Shown here: positions 27,225 through 40,719 of the stretch, piece after piece
Position numbering within the stretch: the first letter of the stretch is position 1
How the letters are laid out: each line of letters begins with the position of its first letter
Notes under the pieces: generated by a model
What the model was told of the DNA's origin: nothing
The model's input: only the letters and a program-made list of their open reading frames with translations
Databases searched by the model: none
NCBI RefSeq assembly: GCF_009834535.1
Contig: NC_045697.1
Location: 88,228,001-88,292,000, forward strand
DNA length: 64,000 bases
From: Camelus ferus
Lineage: Eukaryota
Direction: 5' to 3'
Made by a program: the position numbers and the translations under genes

Positions 27225-27730
27225 ATTGTTTCTATTATGATCAACTAAGATTTATCAAGCATGTACTATGTTATAAACTGTTAAGTAACTTTCATCATTT
27301 CATTTAATCTTTATAATCTTCACATAAAGTAAATATTAGTATTATTCCCAGTTCAGATGAAACAAAACTCAACTCTACTTCTGTTTAACTTCAACACTCA
27401 AGTCGTTAAAGCTTATTATGCTCTACTTCCCTTCTTCTACTTACTTGAATTTTAAAGAAAGACACAACATTTTTTATTGCAAGAGGCTTTGGAATGGATT
27501 TCACTGTTGCAATCATAGAAGGGCAGAGGCAAGGTTAGGGGATATAAGTAGATTTATTGAGCATCAACTTTACCTCAGACATGCTTTCCTACTGTATCTC
27601 ACTTGCCAACAGCAACCCAAGGAAATTTTTGGAACTTACTACATTGCACAAATAAGGCCACTGATTTTATGAGTCTGTCACTTGCTTAAGGTGCATTAGT
27701 TATGAACAGTGGGGCCACTTCAGATCCCAT
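27225..27730 (-). mobile_element. Two degraded MIR fragments
   Basis: aagatttatcaagcatgtactatg...tattattccccagttcagatgaaac; atttattgagcatc...ttgcacaaataaggccactga...cacttgcttaagg. Confidence 0.6.
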
Positions 27731-27964
27731 TGCTAGAACTATTGGTTTATGTATTTTCTCCCAAATTAGTCTTATCACATACATTTCTCTAGAGCATTAC
27801 AATAAAAATGCACTTCTTAATATCCCAACTCTCGATATACATTGATTAGATTTGTCCATTCTTAGTATTTTTTTCCTATCTAGATTAGTAGATTTCATTC
27901 ACATGCTGAGGCCATCTTATTCTCCATAGTTGCCAGGTGTATTTATTTATTTTAGATCTCATCT

Positions 27965-28340
27965 TAGTTTGTAAGACGTGACCAGAGCAAGAAGCTTCTA
28001 TGTCTTTGAAAGAAAAAAAAACAATTAATTTATAAAGAATTTAAAAGACAAAGGGGCTGGGGATAGTAAAGGGTAAAAGGGTCCCTAGGAGGATAAGGAT
28101 GAGTTTAACAAGGTTTGTATTGATTTCTCAGCCCCACATGCCCCATCTTTGGAGAACGTCTCCCATCCTCGCCCTCCTGGTAAGGGAGGGTGCCTTTCAC
28201 ATGACTTATTTTTGGGAAAAGAGCAAGTCGGGGAGATCAGAGTGACCTTCCTAATTCTGCCATTGTCTCAAGCTCCTTCAGCATAAGATTTTTACCATGC
28301 CAAGATGTCACATTTTGGGCATGTGTCCTGAACCCCACCA
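27965..28340 (-). mobile_element. ERV1 solo LTR (MER34/MER39-like)
   Basis: Reverse complement starts tggtggggttcaggacacatgcccaaaatgtgacatcttggcat...gctgaaggagcttgagacaatggcag...ggaaggtcactctgatctcccc. Confidence 0.7.
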
Positions 28341-28549
28341 CCAGCTTCCCCTGCCTCACCTGTTCCTTCTCCCAGAAACCACAGCAAAGGCATCTACTTC
28401 TCCCTCAGTCTCATGACTGAGCCCAGACTCTTCCCACAGCAGCTCTGTGCGGCTGGCTGAACTCTTCCTGGGGAGCTGGGAGTGTACAAAACTGCACACT
28501 TTCTGGCGTCCCTCTTTTGATCTGCATCTGTTTTCAGCAAACCTCACCC

Positions 28550-28888
28550 AGGGGCATATGGTTAAAATACTTGGCCTCTACCCATTAGAGGCAGGAACAA
28601 CTCCCCCCCAACCCCAGTCATGACAATTAAAAATATATAAAATAAATGGACAACAAGTTTCTTCTGTATAACACAAGTAACTATATTCAATATCTTGTAG
28701 TAACTTATAATGAAAAAGAATATGAAAACAAATATATGTAAATGTATGACTGAAACATTATGCTATAAACCAGAAATGCATACAACATCGTACACTGACT
28801 GCAATTAAAAAAAAAAAAAAAAAAGAGAGAGAGAGAGAGAAATGTCTCCAGACGGGGGGACAAAATCACCCTCAGTGGAGAACCACTG
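28550..28888. mobile_element. MER20 hAT-Charlie element interrupted by an L1 tail
   Basis: tggcctctacccattagaggc...cccagtcatgacaattaaaaat | aatgtctccagac...caaaatcaccctcagtggagaaccactg (terminal repeat). Confidence 0.85.
28635..28840 (+). mobile_element. Short L1 3' tail with A18 and (GA)8
   Basis: ctgtataacacaagtaactatattcaatatcttgtagtaac...tgactgaaacattatgct...ccagaaat...acaacatcgtacactgactg followed by poly(A). Confidence 0.88.
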
Positions 28889-30741
28889 GTCTCAAATACT
28901 CACTGTCAGCCTCTGACCATCATAGTATTTTCCTCATATCCCTTATTCCAGCTTCTCCAATAGCATAAGCACTTAATTCTAAATTAAACTACTTATTTCT
29001 GGCTTACACTAGCTTCTGTTTTCCCAGCCAAAGCTGACTGAGAGGTAGGAAATAACTGATCAATTCTTTCCTGTGTATGAGCTATCCAAAATACATTTAA
29101 ATTAGTCACATAAAATATTTAACTCAAAGTTAAACATTCACATCGTTTAGGGTGTAACTTGTTTCTTTCCCAAAGAAAATTTTTCAATCTAAGAGAATTC
29201 TTACTTTTAAAAGAATATTATCTTAACTTTTGGGAAAATACCCATCTTCTGCAATGGATTGGTTTTTGAAAGAAAACATGACCTATTTGGCCAGGTTATT
29301 TCTTGGAAGATAGCTGCTGGCTTATATTTTTAGAGTATGTTTATGAAAGAGTTAGATTATAATTTACCAAAATGCGAAGTATAAAAAGGCCGACCAAAAA
29401 TAAAAGTATTTGATGTGGTTGTGGTACAGATTATTTTGTGCTAGGGATGCATATGTAAAACACATGAGCGAGAAAGCGGTATTTTCCCTTAATTGTCAAT
29501 GGCCTAACTGGATTAGAGCCAAGAAGAAGTAAACAGAAAACAATGAGGGCTTCGATGCTTCCTAAATGGGTTAGGTCTAGTAGACATTAGATTGTATTGA
29601 CAAAACAAACAAATGAATAAAAAGAGCCCCTTCTTTTTGTTTGTTTATTACAATTTCACCTTCAATGCAGTTTGATTAATCTTCTCGCAAATAATGGTTT
29701 TAAACATTTACATATTTATATAACTGTGAGGCTGCAGGGGCTTGAAATTTTCCAATGAAGGGTATTATAGAGGCGCCAGGTAACTAGAGATACAATATAA
29801 ATCTCGACTGAATGTTTCAAAGTATAGAATTCCATGCCTTTCTTCTCCCATCTGTGCTCTAATCCTGCTTCTGAGAAACAAAGCATCGGGGCACTTCACA
29901 GTGTGGTGCAGAAAATATAAATAAAACTTAAAAAAAAATCTCGTCTTCAGTAAGTCAGCATCCACTGAAGTCATGCCAGCCTGTGAATTACAGTTTGCAG
30001 AAGCTTTAGAAATGAGGATAAAATTGCTGCATATCATATCCCATGTGAAATGATGAAATGTTTGTTCCTGTATATGCCATATAACAAAACAATGCTCTGA
30101 CCTAAATTGATTCACTTTCTAAAGCACTGTTTCTCAGCTTCTGGAATCTTTCATCCACATTCTTCAGTCTGCTGCGTACATTTTATAGCACTCAAGCCAT
30201 GGACTGAATGTGATGCCAAACACAGTTCTGGCTGTGGCTCCAGCCAGACCCAGGAGCATGTGCATTTTGAGCTTAAGAAGGAGAAACAATTGCAGCATGT
30301 TGAGATTTATGTATTGATTTTGTCATTGGAACCTGTTAATATATTAGTTGCTAAATGCATGTTGTAGGTCTTACAGATTCTGACTTTGTATAATGATACA
30401 AAAACACCAGAGCATGAAATTTCTACTAAAGGTATCATAAACAATTTCTTGAAGTGTAGTAACTGAAACTGTGAAAACATCAACTGCCTTTGGCCTGAAC
30501 ATTATCTTTTCCTCTTTGTCTGTCGAGCAAGTATGTTTTGTGATATATTCCCTATAAATTCTTCCTTCTTGGCCCTGTCAATCAAACTTGCCTTTTTTTG
30601 TGTTTTTATTTATCCAAGAAATACTAACTAAATGTCAACTGTGTAACTGGCTCTGTTCCCCGGGTTTATTAAGAAAAATGAGACATAATCCTTTTTATAA
30701 AAAAGTAAAAAGAAAAGAAAAGAAAGAAACGTCCACTTTAG

Positions 30742-31300
30742 TGTAGGGTAAGGAGAGTTGGCAGGGTAATATTTTGATATATCAGGCTGGGGCATTTTTC
30801 CCCCTTTGTGTAAGTCTATGGCTTCCCCACAGTCCAGACTTCATTCATGACATCAAGGAAAGGATGTTACAACAGAATCAGAGAAAGTTATTTTAATGTT
30901 GAATACCTAGTCCTCGAGAAGGGTTAGAATATAAAGAGTATAAAAGGAGTAAGAGAAGAAATTCCCTTTTCTCCCAGCCTAGCTGAAGTTTTCAGGTTGG
31001 GGGGGTGTCTAGGAGTAAGTACTGTTTGTGAACCCCTGAGGAGCACCTCACCGCTGTCTGCCCTAGAGCTGAGCCCTCCACCTCTCATGGTGGGGTCCAC
31101 TCTTACTGTTTTGGGGGCAAAGTGAGAAAAGGGGGCCCCATTGCCCTGATTCAGATAGAACCCAGTGAGGAGCAAGAGGCAGACTGCCCTCGCACACTGT
31201 GGTAGACAGCGTGCTGGGAGCAGTAGGGTGTAAAAGAGTCACGGGGAACAGTCTCCTAGACCTCCTTTCCCTGCACCCCCACAGGGCGCAGGAAGAACCA
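30742..31300. mobile_element. Possible ancient LTR (MamGypsy-like)
   Basis: tgtaggg start, internal tataaaagg, GC-richer composition; family not firmly recognised. Confidence 0.3.
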
Positions 31301-32591
31301 TGAAAAGGTTTTAAGACATAAGTAAGTCCAATGTGGAGATAAGTAGAAACATCAAAATTCACTGATTAACCTCAGAGAAAAGAGAAAGAGGAAAAAGAAG
31401 AACAGATAGAATGAATAGAAAATATCTAGCAAGTTGGTAGATTTTACTCCAAACTTACCCATAATTACATTAAATCTGACTCATCTAAAGACATGTTAGA
31501 AGAGATAAATTGTTAGGTTAAAAAAAAAAATTAAGACCCAAATATAGGTTTTCTACAGGAAGCCCAATTTAAATATAAAGATGTTGAAATTTAAAAATAC
31601 AAAAAGAAACACTAAAAGAAGGCAGGAGTAGCAATATTAATGTTACAATAGACTTTAGAACAAAGCCTATCACTAGGTATAAGGAAGAATATTCCATAAT
31701 GAAAAAGGGGTCAATTAGCCAATCAAGTGTAACCATTTTAAAATGTGCATGCACCCAACAACAAAATTTTAAAAAGCAAAAGCTTTAACTGAAAGAACTG
31801 AGAAAAGAAATAGACAACTCACAGTTATAGCTGGAGATTTGTACACTCCTCTGTCAGATCAGTAGAATTGCTAAACAGAAATTCTGCAGGGATGCAGAAT
31901 ACCTGCACAACACTGGCAGCCGAAGAGAACTAATTAATACCTACAGAACACTACGCTCAACATCATTAGAATGAATGTTCACTTAAATTGCATGTGCAGA
32001 TTAACATTCACAAAAAGAGGCCACATTCTGGGCCAAAAAAATATATATATATTAAAAGTATAATTTGAAACAAAGCTGAATTAAACAAGAAATTAGATAA
32101 CTAGGAAATCTCCAAATGTTTATAAATTTAATAGCACATCCATGTATAAATGATGAGTCAAAGAGAAAATCACACAGGAAATTAGAAAACACATCTATTA
32201 GAAAAAAATGAAAACACGAGATATCAAAGTTTGTGGGATGCAGCTAAAGCAGTTCATAAAGGGAACTTTATAGAACTGATTGCTTATATTTTAAAAAAAG
32301 CAAAAAATCAATGACCAAAACTTCTGCTTTAAGAAATTATAAAAAGAAGAGTATGTTAACCAAATGAAATCAGAAGAAAGGATGTAATAGAAACAAAAAG
32401 AAAACTGGACGAGAATAATAATAGAGAAAGTCACTTAAACCAATAGCTGGTTTTTTGAAAGAAATCAATAACTTTAATAATCCCTAGTCTGACAAACGAA
32501 CAATAAGGAGAGAAGACTTAAATTATACCTACCGGGAATAAAAGAGGTGACATCACTAGATGTTCTATAGACATTAAAATAATGAACAACA

Positions 32592-33357
32592 GTATGTTAG
32601 TTTTTCTAGAGCTGCCACAAACTGAGTGGCTTACACAACAGAAATTTATTTTCTCACAGTTCTGGAGGCTGGAAGTCCAAGATCAAGTTTTCAGCAGAGT
32701 CGTGCTCCCTCTGATGGTGTTAGGGAGGGCTCTGTTCCAGGACTGTCTCCTAGTTTCCTAGTTCTTAGCTTGTGGCAGCATAACTCCAATCTTCACATGG
32801 CTGTCTCCTCGTGTGCGTGTCCAAATTTCTCCTTTTTATGATGACACCAGATATATTGGATTATACACCCTACTCCAGTATAACCTCATCTTAACTCATT
32901 ACATCTGTTAATACTCTGTCTCCAAATAAGGTTGCATTCAAAGGTATTGGAGATTAAGACTTTGCTGTGGTCTGAATGTTTGTACCCTTTCCCCCAAATT
33001 CATATGCTGAAATCCTAACCTCCAAAAGTGATGGTATTTGTTGGTGGAGCCTCTGGGAGTTACCTAAGTCATGACGGTGGAGCCCTCATGAAAGGGATTA
33101 GTGTTCTTATAAATAAGACCCCACAAAACTCCCTATGCCTTCCACCATGTGAAGATATAATGAAGAAGGCTGAGACCCAGTAAAGGGCTTTCTCTTGGCC
33201 ATGTGATCAGGGACTTCCAGCCTCTAGAACAATGAGCAGTAAATGTCAGTTGTTTATATTCTACCCAGCTTGTGATATCTTGTTTACGGCAGCCTGAATG
33301 GCCCAAGACAGATTTCAACATATGGATTTTGGAAGACATAATGCAACCCATTATACA
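32592..33357 (-). mobile_element. MLT1B/C-like MaLR solo LTR (outer)
   Basis: tgagtggcttacacaacagaaatttattttctcacagttctggaggctggaagtccaagatcaag...tccaaataagg...ttcaacatatggattttgg...caacccat. Confidence 0.88.
32963..33310 (+). mobile_element. MLT1A-like MaLR solo LTR (inner) with 5-bp TSD
   Basis: TG...CA ends (tgctgtggtctgaatg...gcagcctgaatggcccaagaca); flanks gactt / gattt. Confidence 0.9.
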
Positions 33358-34845
33358 CATTATGCCCATAAATTACACAACTCAAATGAGATGGAAACTT
33401 TCTCAGAAGATGAACTAATCTCTCCCAAGGAAAATAGGTAATCTCAATAGTCCTCTATCTATAAAATAAATTGAATTTGTAGTTAAAAAATCTTTAAACA
33501 AAGAAAACTCCATGCAGTTTCCTGTGCTGACAAAGTCAACCAAGTATTTAAGGAAGAGATAATACCAATTCCACAAATTATTCCAGAGTAATGAAGAGGA
33601 AGAAAACTTCCCAACTCATATTATGAGTGAGCGTTACTCTGATGTCCAAACTGGGCAAAAACATTGGAAGAAAAGAAAACTGCAAGCTAATGTCCCTCAT
33701 GAACATAAAAGCAACATTTTTCAAAAAATGCTAATAAGATAAATTCAATAATGTATAAAAATGATAATACTTCATCCAAATGAGGATTAACCTAGGAAAT
33801 CAGTGTTTGTTCAACATTGTAAAATTATTTGCTATATAATTCACCATTTAGCAGACTAATTAAGAAAAATTATGAAATTCTCAATTCAGAAATAGTCTTT
33901 TACAAAATCTGACATCCATTCATCATAAGTATTCTCAGAAAATGAGAATGTGTTGGTGTTACATATATGTGCATATATATATATATAAAGAATCCTCAAA
34001 ACTTGATAAGAAAACAATATAATAAATAAATGGGCAAGAGATTTGGATGCTTTCTCAAAGAGGATATGTGAATCAAAAATAAGTACACTAGTTATCAGAG
34101 CAATACAAATGTTAAAATCACAAAGAGACATTACTATACACCTAAACATAAAAAAGAGGAGAGGGGTTAATACTAAGTGCTCATTAAGATGCAGAGCAAC
34201 TGGAATTGTCACATAATGCTACTAGATTAGCGAAATGGTATAGTTACTTTAGAAAACAGTTTGGCAGTTTCTTATAAATTAAACGCATGGGACTTATAAT
34301 CCAGGGATCACATTCCTAGATTTTTCACTACACAAATTGAAATCCTAAGCTCGCACCAAAGCCTGTACATAAGCATGTGTAGCAGTTTTATTCATAATAT
34401 CCTAAAAATGTAAAACAACCCAAACGTGTCTCAGCAGGTAAATAAATAAGCTGTGGTATGTCTGTTTAAGTGAGTATTACTCAATAATAAAAAAAGAAAG
34501 AACTACTGACATAGTTAGAAATATAGATGAATAGTCCATGCATTTGCTAAGTGAAAAAGTCAGATACAAAAGGTTACATGCTATATGATTTTACCCTAGA
34601 TGACATTCTGAAAAAGGTACAGCTATAAGGGCAGGTTCCATATCATTTGTTGTCAGCAGTTGTATGTGGCAGGGGTGGTGTGGGTGACACAGAAGAATAG
34701 ATGAAATTGTTGAGGGGGGAGGGGTGGACCTCTTCTAAATCATCTTGATTGTGGTGATGATGGTTACTCAAGTGTGTGCATTTGCCAAAGTTCACAAAAA
34801 GTGTACACTGAAAACAGAAAACTTTAGAGTATATAAATTATATCA

Positions 34846-36050
34846 ATTTTTATTTATTTATTTTTATTGAAGTATAGTTGATTTACAATGTTTTGTTAGT
34901 TCCTGGTATACAACAAAGTGATTCGTTTATGCATATTATATATATATATTCTTTTCCATATTATTTCCCATTATGGTTTATTACAAGATACTGAATATAG
35001 TTCCCTGTGCTATACAGTAGTACCTTGTTGTTGATTTTGTATATGGTAATTGGTATCTGCTAATCCCAAGCTCCTAATTTAACTTTCCCCCACCCCCTTT
35101 CCCTTTGGTAACCATAAGTTTGCTTTCTATGTCTGTGAGTCCGTTTCTGTTTTGTAAATAAGTTTATTTGTATCATATTTTAGATTCCACATATGTTTCT
35201 GACTTACTTCACTTAGTATGATGATCTCTAGGTTCACCTTTGTTGCAAATGGCATCATTTCATTTTTTATGGCTAAGTAGTATTCTATTGGATATATATA
35301 CCATATATTTTTTATCCATTCACCTGAGAAATATCTATTTAGGTCTTCTGCCCATTTTTTTGATTGGGTTGTTTGGTTTTTTGTCACTGAGTTGTAGGAG
35401 CTGTTTGTTTATGTTAGAAATTAATCGTTTACAAATATTTTCTCACAGTACATAGGTTGTCTTTTTAGTTTGTTTGTGGTTTCATTTCCTTTGCTGTGGA
35501 AAAACTTTTAAGTTTGATAAGAACCCACTTGTTTATTTTTGCTTTTATTTCTGTTGTTTTGGGAGCCTGACCTAAGAAAGCATCCCTATGATTTGAGTCA
35601 GAATGCTTTGCCTAGGTTCTGTTCTAAAAGTTTAGGGTGTCATGTCTTCTATTTAAGTCTTTAAGCCATTTTGACTTTATTTTTGTGTATAGTGTGAGGG
35701 AGTGTTCTAATTTCATTAATTTACATGAGGCTGACCAGCTTTCTGAACACCACTTGCTGAAGAGATTGTTCTTTCTCCACTGTATATTCTTGCCTCTTTT
35801 GTCAAAAGATTAATTGTATGGGTTTATTTCTGGGCTGTCTATTCTGTTCCATTGATCCATATGTCTGTATCTGTGCCAATACCATGCTGTTTTGATTACT
35901 GTAGCTCTGTAGTATTGTCTGAAGTCTGGGTGAGTTACGCCCTTAGCTTTGCTCTTTTTAAGGATTGCTTTGGCAATTATGGATCTATTATGATTCCATA
36001 CATATTTTAGGATTATTTTTCCTAGTTCTATGAAAAATGTCATGTAATTT
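34846..36050 (-). mobile_element. Cetartiodactyl-type L1 3' part with internal deletions
   Basis: tttttattgaagtatagttgatttacaatg 3' end; ORF2 [29 protein letters not shown]; sequence jump near 35322. Confidence 0.92.
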
Positions 36051-39000
36051 GATAAATTAAAAATAAATTATTGAAGCATATAGAATGGGCATCTAAATTA
36101 GTCCTGTTTGCAAAGCACTGTCCTAGTGCATAGTTACTGGCTTTTCTACTAAACACTAAGTTCCCAGAATGTAGAGATATTGTTTCATTTGTCTCTGCAC
36201 CCCAGCACGCAGTATGATATCTGCTGAAGACAAAGTTCTCAGTAAAAGTTTGTCATGTGTACAAGTCAAGTGGCTCAATTAAGAGTTTTAAAGCTCAGCC
36301 AACATATCTGATTGACTGATTCTATATAATCAAGATCAGAAAAAATTAATATTGATACCAAATAAACAGACATACTACACATGGATGATGGAAACATTAA
36401 ACCCAATTTAAGAGTCCCAAATGGCCCTTGATGAAAGGTTTATTACAGGCATAAAGCATTTATTTTAAGGAAATTCTGAACCTGTCACATGAGATGGATG
36501 TGATTGACAGCAAGGGGAAAAAAACTGGCTGCAGCTCAAGTTGGGACCCGGGAAAAGTGAAATTACATATCTTAACTTAAATTATCAAGATCGTAGGAGG
36601 TCTAAATGAGTCTTTCTTGTAGAATCATTCAAACATAGAAAGGAGAAACTGTTCTCCTGGGAAGGCAATAAGCAAGAGTCTGAAAAGCTCGTGCAGACCT
36701 GAAGCTTGATGAAAGCATTTTTATTTGAACCAGCTTAAGCACAGTGGGCTCCTGTGAGATTCTCACTGTACAGCTGTCCTCTCCCTTCACAGGGTGTTTG
36801 ATGTACAGACTTGTGCCTGGAGCCCAGAGCTTTCAGATGCCCACTCAGGACCATGTGCAGTTTTCCAGACTCATTTGCCGATAGAAACAAGAGTGCTGTG
36901 AGTCAATTTAGTCCATAAGAGGCACTTTAGTAAGTGTCTTCCTCTGGAACCACAGATGAGAGAGGAAAACAAAGATTCTATGTGTGAGATAGTCAATAAA
37001 TTATTTGGGGAAAGAATAAATGGGTGAATGAACAAATCAATGAGTGAATGAATAAATGAAGAGGGCTATAATTTGTGTTATTTGGTGCTGAAGAGTACAA
37101 AAGCTAGGAGATTAACGGTAATGGTGATGAACTTGTATGAAACAGCCTTTTAGAATTCAGACCTCCTCTTCACTAATCCCCCTCATTTACACTTGGATTT
37201 GCTGGTGGCATGGTTCATTAGCTTCTCCTGTTTTTTGTTTCCAAATTCTAGATAGAGTTATCCCTTAGGAATGCTCCTCTGATACTTTCTCATTCTCTGC
37301 ATTTCTCTTTGTGTTTCTCTCCTGTAAATATATTTTCCTCACACGGCTTTACAGAAAGAAGGCTCATGCCCTGAAAAGCCCATAGGCTGTTTTTATGTTT
37401 TACTCTTATGATCCAAGGAAAACAATAAAACACATTTGTTTTATTGATATTTAATTGGAGATTATATCCACTATTTATGTGATAGCATTTTTATCCTTCT
37501 TACAGCTTTAAAATAAAAAGAAAGAAAAAACCTCCTTCCTACAAAGTTACCAACTTTAGGCTACCATTTTATTTATCAAGAAGACAATCGAAAATAACAG
37601 AATAGATGTGTTTGGAACAATTGCCCAAAGAGAATTCTATTTACTACATTATGAGCCAATTAAAACACAAATCATGAACTGAAATAAATTCAATGCCTAC
37701 TTGAGACAAGCAGTAGAAATACATAGTAAGCTACATAAACTGACTTTGATACCATCTGAAACTGCAGTAAGTTAGAACTTCCAAAAGTAGTGTTTTGTGT
37801 TATTCACTGTTGAGACATAAGAGAGTAGGAATGTGATGACTAGGGCAGTAAATTAGAAAGCGTTTACTTCTATTTTAATTTTGTGATTTTCTAGTTGCAC
37901 TGATTTCAGAAGGAAGAATAATCAGAATCCTACAGTAGAGTTGAAGAAATTTGGTAGTATTTCATTCAGTTCGTGATTCATCAGGGATGACTCCCAACTT
38001 CTCTCATCAATTTCCTTCCATTGGAAAGTATATAAGAAGGCTTACAATGTACTGACCACGCAGAGCTATCAGGAAGACTGAATGAAAAATGAACGAGACT
38101 TTGAACTACACCCACTAGACAGGAGATTTTAGTCTCCGATTATTCAAAGTTCTGATTAGACATTAGTTGAATTAGTTGGCATTTCTAACTGATGGCTTGT
38201 AGATATCGGTATTACTAACTTTAAGCTTTTTGCATGATTTTTCATGTTCAGGTTCTCACAACAACCTAAAGAAGTAAGTTATTAGGCTAAAAAAAAAAGT
38301 AAGACTCAGACAAAAGGTTGCTCAGATCTTACATTTGGCAGGTGCCAAATAACCAATGATAACTGTTTCCTCCAAGTGTATCCATCTTAAAAACTAGTAA
38401 CTGAATGGAATTATCAGTATAATCTCAGGAACTTTCCTAATTTTAACATTTTCTTGCTTTTTGTATAGTATTTTTGTTTCTAAGAAGTAGCATGGTAATT
38501 GGCATTTATAGTGGAGCAATGATTCAATACGCAAGTAAGGGCATGAAAGTTTGCCCTTAGATCTGATTTTATTTTTTTCTGGTAATAGCATGCTTCTACA
38601 TTTACAGTACTGATTAAGGAGGAACTGCAAAATTTTTGTGTTTGTGGGTTTGGACAGTACAAGGAATCATATGCTTCCCTACAGTATTTGTCCCCACTGA
38701 ACCTTTGATCTATTTTCCTGAAAACCTAGGAATTTTCTTCCAATATGACACTTACAACAGGGAAAGAACCAAGCTCATTATTTCTTTGAAAATATCACCT
38801 ACAAATCAGCAAAGAATTCTACTTAATAGAATTTTGCAAAATTTGGGTAATCCAATTCCCAAAGAGAGGAAGCATTTCTGAATCTGAGGCAAGTAAACAA
38901 ACTGGACTCTGACAATTGCCAAAAAGTGATACTGATGGCTTCCTGCTACCTATTAATGTAAAATGATGAATACAGTTTCCAGGATTTTTAATGTGTACAT

Positions 39001-40719
39001 CTTACAAAAGCTTATTTTGCTGAATATGGACAGCACAAGGATTTAAAGGATTTGGAGAGAATTTTGTGACACCATTATTAAATTCTCTGACAATGAAAGA
39101 TCCTTACTGTGTCCATAATGCTTTGGATAATATGTTGTCACTTCCTCTAGCCTTTTATTGCCTATGTCCTTTTATTTGGCTATTAGAAAAATGATCACTT
39201 CTTGTTTTTAATGCTCCAAAGATTTGAGGATTTTTTTTTTCCACATTGTGTCTTCTCAGTGGTTCGCTTTCAGAAAAATAAGGGATGTCTAGTAATTTAA
39301 AATTAACTTTAAAAAATTGGATCATTTGACTATATATGGGTAGAGTGAAACTAACAAAATACTTTAAGCTTTGGGGGAGGTTGAAGTCAGAGTATTCCAC
39401 AATGAGGTAAAAACCCTAATTCAATGACAAACTGCTTGAAAATCATGTCTCTTAGTTATAGGTTTTTGACATATCCTTGTTACATTATTTTTAAAATCTT
39501 TATAAATATACTTTTATTTTATTTGTTATAAGATCATAATATAGTGAAATTAAAGGCTATTTAAATGGCATGGAGTAAACATTTCCTCTTTGAGACTTTC
39601 CCTGATATTACTTTTCCTTGTTTCTCTCAGTCTTTGTTTATATGCATATATTCACAAGATGGTCTTAAGTTTAGAAATGTCTGGCTTGTTTACTTAGATT
39701 ATGTATTTCTATGTTATACATCTCATAATTATAAATTAAGTGGCTGAATAGCAGTCATCCCAGTTCATGTGAAAAACAGATAATTTTTGAAAACTTAAGT
39801 AGAAAATAAATTGAAAAAAGCATGGAGTAAATTTTTTTCATATGCCTCTTGAAAATGTTTTCCTAAGATATGTTTTCTTTTGTTTTTCACTTGACTTAAA
39901 TTATGTTAAACTTATTTCCTGAATAATAAAGAGTGCAAAAAATTCAGAACCAGTGATGGTTTTATTTAATATAGACATCAAAATATTTGTGGTCACTTTG
40001 AACTACAATCTTGCTGCTGTAAATAATATTTTTAATCTCCAAATTATTTTTTATTATTAAATTGTGGGGAAAATTTGGTTATAGTCAACTTGGAAATATA
40101 TAAATAAAAGAATAAAACAGATAAAATAGTAAACCAAGCTCAAAATACATCCACAAATCTATACTTTTTAAAATCACTTGACATTTATTTATATTTTCTA
40201 CATATTTGGAAGTTGCAACCTTGTGCACATATTTTAATTTAGATGATATATTATATTTCAATTATTAATCTGCTTTCACTGGTTTCATCATACTATTTAT
40301 ATACCAGAAAATAAAACAGCGGTTAAGTTCTGAATATCAGATGCATGTTAATTTCAACATACAAACTTTGCTAGAATATAGGACTAGAAGTGAGCAAAAC
40401 ACAGATGGTCTCTACCTTCATGGTGCTTTCAGAGCAATGAGGGAGGCCAGACCTCAAACAAAGAACAAAAAAAGTCAAAATAGAATTTAACAGTGTGAAA
40501 AGAGTGTTTAAGGAAGAGGTTGTGTGCTGTAAGACTGAATAGTAGAGAACTTTATTTAACGCTGTTTTCCTCAACTCATTCTTTCATCAGTCACAAGACA
40601 AAACCTCCTTGACAGTGGTCTGCTTAATTTTGGGGGCCCAGACATTTTTCAGGGACTCTTTGTAAGTCTTTTCATTTAAAAGAAGTACTTACATTGTTCA
40701 CAGTTTTACATTTGGTGAA

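Larger units (their letters stand above)
31330..34848 (+). mobile_element. Old L1 (L1MB/MC-like) with decayed ORF2 and 3'UTR, interrupted by MaLR LTRs
   Basis: Endonuclease (atagctggagatttgtacactcctctgtcag), linker (tgtgggatgcagctaaagcagt), RT start (aacttcccaactcatattatgag), 3'UTR ending tatataaattatatcaat. Confidence 0.9.

Noticed and set aside
35127..36043. ORFs with real protein similarity (also 9896-10096 and 23570-23791)
   Set aside because: Fragments of L1 ORF2, not host genes
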